Source: Pseudomonadota bacterium (lineage in GTDB: Bacteria > Myxococcota > JACRCW01 > JAFGSX01). From it: DNA of 64,000 nucleotides. Below, piece after piece: positions 58,419 to 64,000 of this stretch. The notes under the pieces are model-generated. The model ran no database searches. It was not told the origin of the DNA and saw nothing but the letters and a program-made list of their open reading frames with translations. The stretch is taken from the NCBI GenBank assembly GCA_043821645.1, contig JBDRCO010000134.1, forward strand, positions 32,001 to 96,000, in the 5' to 3' direction. The position numbers and the translations under genes are program-made. Numbering within the stretch: position 1 is the stretch's first letter; each line of letters starts with the position of its first letter.

Positions 58419-61400
58419 TTACTTGGTGTTGAAGCCCGGGGTGTCGTGATCAACGCGGGTCGTTCCCTCGTCGCCAAAGTCCTCGGCGCGCGCGGTCGGC
58501 GGTCCGAAGGGCGAACTGGCCCCGGGAACGGGCGCCGGAGCGGTGGGGCGCTGGGCAAGGGGCACGGTGGGCGCGGTCTCGGTCCGGTGCGCAGCAGCCG
58601 GGCTGGTCGGCTTGATGCCCGGGACCGGAAGCCCATGCTGCGTCAGCACGTGCGCCATCTCGGTGAGGCGGGCACGGGCCTTCTCCAGCTTGGCCGTGGC
58701 GTCGGCCCGGAGCTGATCGCGCTCGGCCTTGAGCCGATCGACAGCCTCGCGCAGGGTCTGTGCCTCGCCGGCCTGGGTCGGTCCTTGCGCCACCTGGGCC
58801 TCGAGTTCGCGCACCCGGGCCTCGAGGGCACTGACCTTCTTCAGGGCGGTCTTCTTGACCTGGTCGCGCTCGGTCTGGGTGAGTTCCAGCTTGCTCTGGA
58901 CGTCGCGCTGGGCCTGCTCGGCGCGCTTGATCTCATCGCGCAGCCCCTGCTCGCTGGCCTGGGCCTGACCGCGCAGCTGATCGCGCACCTGGGTGCTCTG
59001 TTGGCGGGCCTGGGCGAGCTCGGCCTCGAGCTGTTGACCCTTGGTCTCGGCGGCCTGGGCACGCTGCTTGAGCTGCTGGGCCATGCGCTTGAGTTCTTCG
59101 AGCTGACCCGCCTGCTGGGTCGCGAGCTCTCGAGACTGGGTCCCGGAGGAGGCCTGAGCCCGCGCATCTTCCAGGTCCACCTCGAGGCGATCGACCTGGC
59201 CCTGCAGCTCGGCCACGGAGGCGTTGAGTTCCGCCCGCTCGCGCTGCAGGTTTGCCCGCTGCTCCTCGGCTTCCTCGGCGCGGCGCAGGGTCTCGCTCAA
59301 GCTGGTTTCGGCTCGGGTCATCTCGTCACTGGAGCGGTTCACCGCCTCGCGCTCGACGCGAAGGGCGAGTTCCGTGGACTCGATGCGGGAGGCCGCTTCG
59401 CTGAGCTTCTGCTCCAGATCACCGACGCGGACCTTGAGGTCGTCGCGTTCCTGGGACAGGGCACCGAGCTTGGTGCGGGATTCCTGGGCCAGAGCCTGCC
59501 ACTTCTGCAGCTCGCCGCTGATCTGGGTGTGCTGCTGGGTCGCGCTCTCGCGCGTGGACTGCAGCTCGCTCTCGACCTGCGCCAGACGCTGGCTCTGCTC
59601 GGCGAGTTCCTGGCCCCGGACCTGACCCTCCTGCTGCAGCTCGGCAATGCGCTTCTCGCGCTGCTCCAGCCAGCGGTCGCGTTCGGCAACCGCCGCTCGA
59701 GCCTCCTCGATACTCTCCCCGGTCTCGACGAGCTTTTGCTCTGCCTCGCGCAGTCGCTGCTCGAGATCCTGCACCCGGGTCTCGGCACGCTTCTGGGTTT
59801 GCTGCAGTGCCGCGACCTGGCCGTCTCGCTCGCCGATGAGCTTCTCGGCGTCGTCACGCATGTTCAGGGCCTGGTTGAGCTTGCCCTCGAGATCCTTGAG
59901 GACCTGGCGCCGATCTTCGAGCTTCTCGTCACGCTCGTCGAGCAGTTCTTGCAAGGACAGGCGCTCGCTCCGCAGCGTCTCGATGCCCTGATCTCGCTCG
60001 GTGACGGCGGCCTCGAGGACCGCGACCCGCGCCTCGCGATCCGATAGTCTCTCCTGCGCCTCGCGCAGTTCGGTCTCCAGCACACTCCGCCGGGCGTCGA
60101 GTTCGGTCCTGGCCTGCTCGGTGCCGTGGAGCTTGTCGCGCAGCACGGCTTCACGCTGGGCCGCCTCGCTCTGCTGGCTCTCCAGCTCCCGCCGCTGCTC
60201 GTCGGCTTCGGCCAGCTGCGCATCCTGGTCCTGGATGCGCTCGCGGGCGTGCTCGAGCTGCCCGTCGAGGTGTCCCACGCGCTCACCGAGCCTGCCGATC
60301 TCGCTGCGGGCTCCCTCCAGCTGGGTGGTGAGCGACTCGCTCTGCTTGCGATTCTCGTCGAGAGCCGCGCTGGTCCGGGACAGTTCCGTCGAGGTACTGG
60401 TGAGGTCCTCGCGGGTTTCCTGTAGCAATTGTTTGCTGCTGGCCAGCTCACCGTCGAGGTGCACGATGCGCTCGTCGCGGTCGGCCAGATCGCGGGTACG
60501 CGCCGAGAGCTGCTGATCGAGGTCGCCGATGGTGCGTTCCCGGGCGTCCAGAGTGGCCTGGGTCTCGCCCAGGGCGGCCTCGCGCTGCCCCAGAGACTCC
60601 TCGAGGTAGGACACCTGGCTGTCGCGAGCGGCCAGGGTGGCCTCGAGATCGGCGATGCTACTGGCGCGTCGCTCCAGCTCCTCCTCGTGTTCGCGCAGGC
60701 GACGCTCGCGGTCCTCCAGGTTCTCGCGCAGCCGCTCGAGATCCGCCTCGTGGGCACGGACCGTCGCGGTCAGCTGCTCGACCTCCTCGCGCAGGGTGGC
60801 GACCTGGGTGGTGCGGTCGGCCAGGCCCCCCTCGAGCTCGGCGATGTGCTGGCCCCGCTCCTTGAGTTCTCCCTCGAGCTGGGCGTTCTCGATGTCCAGC
60901 TCGGTGATCTGCTCGTCCCGCTCGGCCAGGGTGTTGGAGAGCGAACGAATGTTCTCCTCGTGCTCGGCCAGGCTCTGGTCGCGGCTGCGGACCTCCTCGC
61001 TCCGTCTGGCCTCGAGGGTCTGCAAGGCCTGCTGCGACTCCTCAAGGTGAGCGCCAAGCTCCTCGCTGCGGAATTCTTGTTCGGCGAGGCGCGACGCCAG
61101 GTCGTTGTTGCCCTCGGTGAGGCGTGCGATCTCGGCGCGCAGTTCCTGCTCCATTGCCAGGGCGCGCTGGGTGGTGGCGAGGGCGCGCACCTGGGCGTGG
61201 TGCAGGTCGTCTTCGAGCAGCATCACCAGCTGCTCGGCGGCCAGGACCTGGCGATCGTGCTCGACCTGCAGTTCGGCGTGGCGCGCCTGGGCCTGCATGA
61301 GGTGAACGGCGAGCGACAGGATCTCGCGATCGCGCTCGCGCAGCATGGCGACGTCGTCACGGGTGTCGATCCGAACCTTGCGGCCCAGGGCCTCGAGGCT

Positions 61401-62759
61401 GACCTGGAACCAGCGCAGTTGCTCCTCGAGAGCGGATTCTCGCTCCAGGGCGTCCTGCGCCACGAGGTCCGCACGTGCTCGCTCGCTCGACAGGTGGTGC
61501 TGCAGGTCCTCGATCTGCCCGCGCTGTGCCTGGAGCACGGGCAGGACAGCCTGGCGCTCGTCGACGACGAGGGTGCGGAGGTCGGCAATCTCCGCGTCCA
61601 TGTGATCGAGGCGCCGCTCCCGGGCAACGATCCGCTCCTCGTGCTCACGCAGATCGCCACGCACCGTGGAGATCTCCGCACCCATCTCCTCGCGCACCGT
61701 CGCGAGCATGGCGCGCGTGTGCTCCAGCTCCGCCTGCAGGGTGCGGTAGCTGGCCTCCCAGTCGAAGATCCGGCCCACCAGCTCGTTCTTCTGGGCTTCG
61801 GCCTTTCCCAGCAGCTCCCGGCGCTCGGTCTTGAGCTGGTGGATCTCCTTTTCCTTGCTGGCGACGACCTCGATCAGATCCTTCTCGAGGATGACCCGCT
61901 CCTCGACCAGGCCATCGATCGAGGCACCAAGTTCGCGCTCCTTCTCGGCCAGGGCTTGCTTGGTCTCGTCCAGCTCCCGCGAGAGCTCGCGAATTCGAAG
62001 CAGGTAGCCCTCGACCTCGATGTCCTTGGCCTGGATGCGTGCCTCGACGGCCGCGATCTCCTGCTCCTTGACCTTCCACAGCTGAGACAGGCGCACCAGG
62101 TCGCGTTCGCGCTCCTTGAGCTTGCGGCGCAGGAACAGCATCTTCTCGTCGGGGCCTGAGAAACTGCCCGAGGATAGGGGCGTCAAGGCCGGGGGACCCG
62201 CCTCGCCGCTGCTCTCTCCGCCTTGCAGCGACGAGAAAACATCGTCGATGAACTGCATATCGTCGGCATTGAGCACGCCGCCCCGCGATGGAACGGCCGG
62301 GGTCGGAAGCGAGCTCAGGGTCGGCCCCGCGTACGCAGGATCCGGGCTCTCGTGGATCTCGGGTTCGTCGGAAGCTTGCTGTGCCGCCTCGTCGAACAGG
62401 CGAGCCACGGACTGCACCAGATCGTCGCGGGACAGCGGCAGAAACAGGTAGGCGTTCGCGGCCTGAGCTCCGGCGCGGTGCTTGTCGATGGCGTCCGGGG
62501 TGGCATCGCTGGTGGTGAGCAGGATGGGTAGATGCTTGCCCGAGGCCTGGCGCCGGAGTCGAGACACGACGGCGAAGCCGCTCTGACCCTCGCGCTCGTG
62601 GCGCAAGATCAGGAGTTCAGGACGCTGCTTCTCCACCTCTGCCAGAACGTCGTTGGAGCTGGCGAGTTGAACGGCATACTGCTCATCCTGAAGAATGGCA
62701 GCCTGTTGCATCGCCAGCTCAACGTCGGGCTCAGCGATGAGGATGCGTCGTTGTGTCAT
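58419..62759 (-). CDS. AglZ-like protein: N-terminal pseudo-receiver domain + very long coiled coil
   Basis: RILIAE...PELLIL...SGFAV...LPILLTT..AT....KH...ANAYL receiver fold followed by >1100 aa of heptad-rich E/Q/L/R sequence. Size and architecture match the myxobacterial gliding protein AglZ; orthology not verified. Confidence 0.75.
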   Translation of the reverse strand: MTQRRILIAEPDVELAMQQAAILQDEQYAVQLASSNDVLAEVEKQRPELLILRHEREGQSGFAVVSRLRRQASGKHLPILLTTSDATPDAIDKHRAGAQAANAYLFLPLSRDDLVQSVARLFDEAAQQASDEPEIHESPDPAYAGPTLSSLPTPAVPSRGGVLNADDMQFIDDVFSSLQGGESSGEAGPPALTPLSSGSFSGPDEKMLFLRRKLKERERDLVRLSQLWKVKEQEIAAVEARIQAKDIEVEGYLLRIRELSRELDETKQALAEKERELGASIDGLVEERVILEKDLIEVVASKEKEIHQLKTERRELLGKAEAQKNELVGRIFDWEASYRTLQAELEHTRAMLATVREEMGAEISTVRGDLREHEERIVARERRLDHMDAEIADLRTLVVDERQAVLPVLQAQRGQIEDLQHHLSSERARADLVAQDALERESALEEQLRWFQVSLEALGRKVRIDTRDDVAMLRERDREILSLAVHLMQAQARHAELQVEHDRQVLAAEQLVMLLEDDLHHAQVRALATTQRALAMEQELRAEIARLTEGNNDLASRLAEQEFRSEELGAHLEESQQALQTLEARRSEEVRSRDQSLAEHEENIRSLSNTLAERDEQITELDIENAQLEGELKERGQHIAELEGGLADRTTQVATLREEVEQLTATVRAHEADLERLRENLEDRERRLREHEEELERRASSIADLEATLAARDSQVSYLEESLGQREAALGETQATLDARERTIGDLDQQLSARTRDLADRDERIVHLDGELASSKQLLQETREDLTSTSTELSRTSAALDENRKQSESLTTQLEGARSEIGRLGERVGHLDGQLEHARERIQDQDAQLAEADEQRRELESQQSEAAQREAVLRDKLHGTEQARTELDARRSVLETELREAQERLSDREARVAVLEAAVTERDQGIETLRSERLSLQELLDERDEKLEDRRQVLKDLEGKLNQALNMRDDAEKLIGERDGQVAALQQTQKRAETRVQDLEQRLREAEQKLVETGESIEEARAAVAERDRWLEQREKRIAELQQEGQVRGQELAEQSQRLAQVESELQSTRESATQQHTQISGELQKWQALAQESRTKLGALSQERDDLKVRVGDLEQKLSEAASRIESTELALRVEREAVNRSSDEMTRAETSLSETLRRAEEAEEQRANLQRERAELNASVAELQGQVDRLEVDLEDARAQASSGTQSRELATQQAGQLEELKRMAQQLKQRAQAAETKGQQLEAELAQARQQSTQVRDQLRGQAQASEQGLRDEIKRAEQAQRDVQSKLELTQTERDQVKKTALKKVSALEARVRELEAQVAQGPTQAGEAQTLREAVDRLKAERDQLRADATAKLEKARARLTEMAHVLTQHGLPVPGIKPTSPAAAHRTETAPTVPLAQRPTAPAPVPGASSPFGPPTARAEDFGDEGTTRVDHDTPGFNTK

Positions 62760-62962
62760 CGTCGCCTACTGCTCCGTCCGGATCGCCTGCACCATATCAT
62801 GTGCCTGCGGGCCCGCCCAAGCACCAACCTTCTCGACGGAAGGCAACAGGGGCGCTGAAATGGATCGGATCGGACCGCGCATCGTAAATTGCACCGCGGT
62901 GAGGCCTTTGGTAGCGTGCGCCGAGAGGCAGCGGCCGTCACAGAAGACCGCTCGATCCCAGC

Positions 62963-64000
62963 ATGGAAGCAGCGCTTGCAAAACTGCTCGTCGACGAGGG
63001 CGGCATCGCAGCCGAGCGGCTCGATGAGGCCGTGCGGCGCAATGCCCAGCACGGTGGGCGAATCGACACCTACCTGCTCGAGCTGGGCCTGATCGACGAG
63101 GCGAGGCTGACCGAGCTGCTGGCGCGAGCCTACAATCTGCCTCCGGCCGACTTCCGAGCCCTGGTCAAGGTGGACCTGCAGGCCCTGCGCGTGCTTCCGT
63201 CCAGGGTCGCGGAGCGCTGCCAGATCTTTCCCTTCCTGCTTCAGGGTACGGATCTGCATGTCCTGGCACCTGGACCGCCCGACATGATGCTGCTCGAAGA
63301 GATCGGCGAGATGGTCGGACGTACGGTGGTGCCCCACGTGGCCACCGAGTACCGCATCGCGCGTGCCCTCTCGCACTTCTACGGGCTGCCCATCCCGGTG
63401 CGCTTCGCCACCCTGGAGCGCGTCGCCGAGGGCCGTCCCGTCTCCGCCACGGCAGACGCCGACGTGGGTGGTCGTGCCACCGGATCCGCGGACACGCCTG
63501 TCGAAGCCGCGCGCTGGCCCCTGGACAGGGCGCTCGCCCACCTGGCTGCCGCGCGCGATCGCGATGCTGTCATCGACGTCATCCTGACCTATGGCAAGAG
63601 CTTCGTGGAATGTGCGGCCCTGCTCGGCGTGCACGCGGGGCGCGCCGTGGGCTGGCAGGCCGTGGGGGCCGCCGCCACACCGGAGTCCCTGCGCGCCATG
63701 GCGCTCGCCCTCGACGAGCCCTCGGCCCTGCGCACGGTCATCGACACCACAGCCCCGTACCTGGGCAAGTTTGGAGCCGGACCCGTCCACGATACCTTGC
63801 TCGAGGTTCTCGGCCGACCGCGTCCGCGCACCGTCGTGCTCTACCCTGTGCTGGTGGCCGGTCGCGTGATCGCCATCTTTTACGGCGACAACGGCAAGCG
63901 AGCTTTGCGCACCGGCGATCTCGCGGACCTGCTGGCTTTCTGTGCCCGCATCGGGGCGGCCTTCGAGAATGTCATCCTCGCTCGCAAACGGCAGCCGCCA
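62963..64000 (+). CDS. MshEN/GspE-N-terminal-domain protein with GAF-like region (FrgA-like); runs off the right edge
   Basis: Not in the ORF track. Manual translation gives MEAALAKLLVDEGGIAAERLDEAVRRNAQHGGRIDTYLLELGLIDEARL..., later LAAARDRDAVID...VVLYPVLVAGRVIAIFYGDNG...AAFENVILARK. Confidence 0.75.
   Translation, partial: MEAALAKLLVDEGGIAAERLDEAVRRNAQHGGRIDTYLLELGLIDEARLTELLARAYNLPPADFRALVKVDLQALRVLPSRVAERCQIFPFLLQGTDLHVLAPGPPDMMLLEEIGEMVGRTVVPHVATEYRIARALSHFYGLPIPVRFATLERVAEGRPVSATADADVGGRATGSADTPVEAARWPLDRALAHLAAARDRDAVIDVILTYGKSFVECAALLGVHAGRAVGWQAVGAAATPESLRAMALALDEPSALRTVIDTTAPYLGKFGAGPVHDTLLEVLGRPRPRTVVLYPVLVAGRVIAIFYGDNGKRALRTGDLADLLAFCARIGAAFENVILARKRQPP

Noticed and set aside
62756-63790. 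344-aa minus-strand ORF
   Set aside because: Antisense to the clearly recognisable MshEN-domain gene on the + strand.

Overview
High-GC bacterial chromosome segment, very likely Myxococcota. The evidence is two MYXO-CTERM-type C-terminal anchors, an AglZ-like receiver/coiled-coil protein, a TonB-C/TonB-dependent-receptor fusion and many Asp-Ala-rich lipoproteins. About 35 CDSs, two tRNAs (Thr-CGT, Cys-GCA) with intrinsic terminators, and no integrase, transposase or CRISPR array were seen. Housekeeping genes (rlmKL, DEAD-box helicase, POT transporter, Na+/H+ antiporter, USP, glycerate kinase) are mixed with many large surface proteins: a 2472-aa FG-GAP plus 15x CSPG-type-repeat adhesin, a BPI/LBP-like lipoprotein, an IgGFc-binding protein and a teneurin-like YD/RHS protein split by a single-base frameshift. 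The best candidate for an undescribed system is 38.4-44.4 kb. Two adjacent genes there share a C-terminal domain resembling a single ('half') TolC repeat, one fused to a ComEA-type DNA-binding HhH domain and one to a BNR propeller. They are co-oriented with a lamin-tail-domain lipoprotein and divergent from a ComEC-type metallo-beta-lactamase lipoprotein, which suggests a surface machine for capturing, degrading or importing extracellular DNA. All family calls come from motif recognition by eye, not database searches. Several starts were moved downstream of the ORF-track starts using RBS, gene overlaps and signal peptides.
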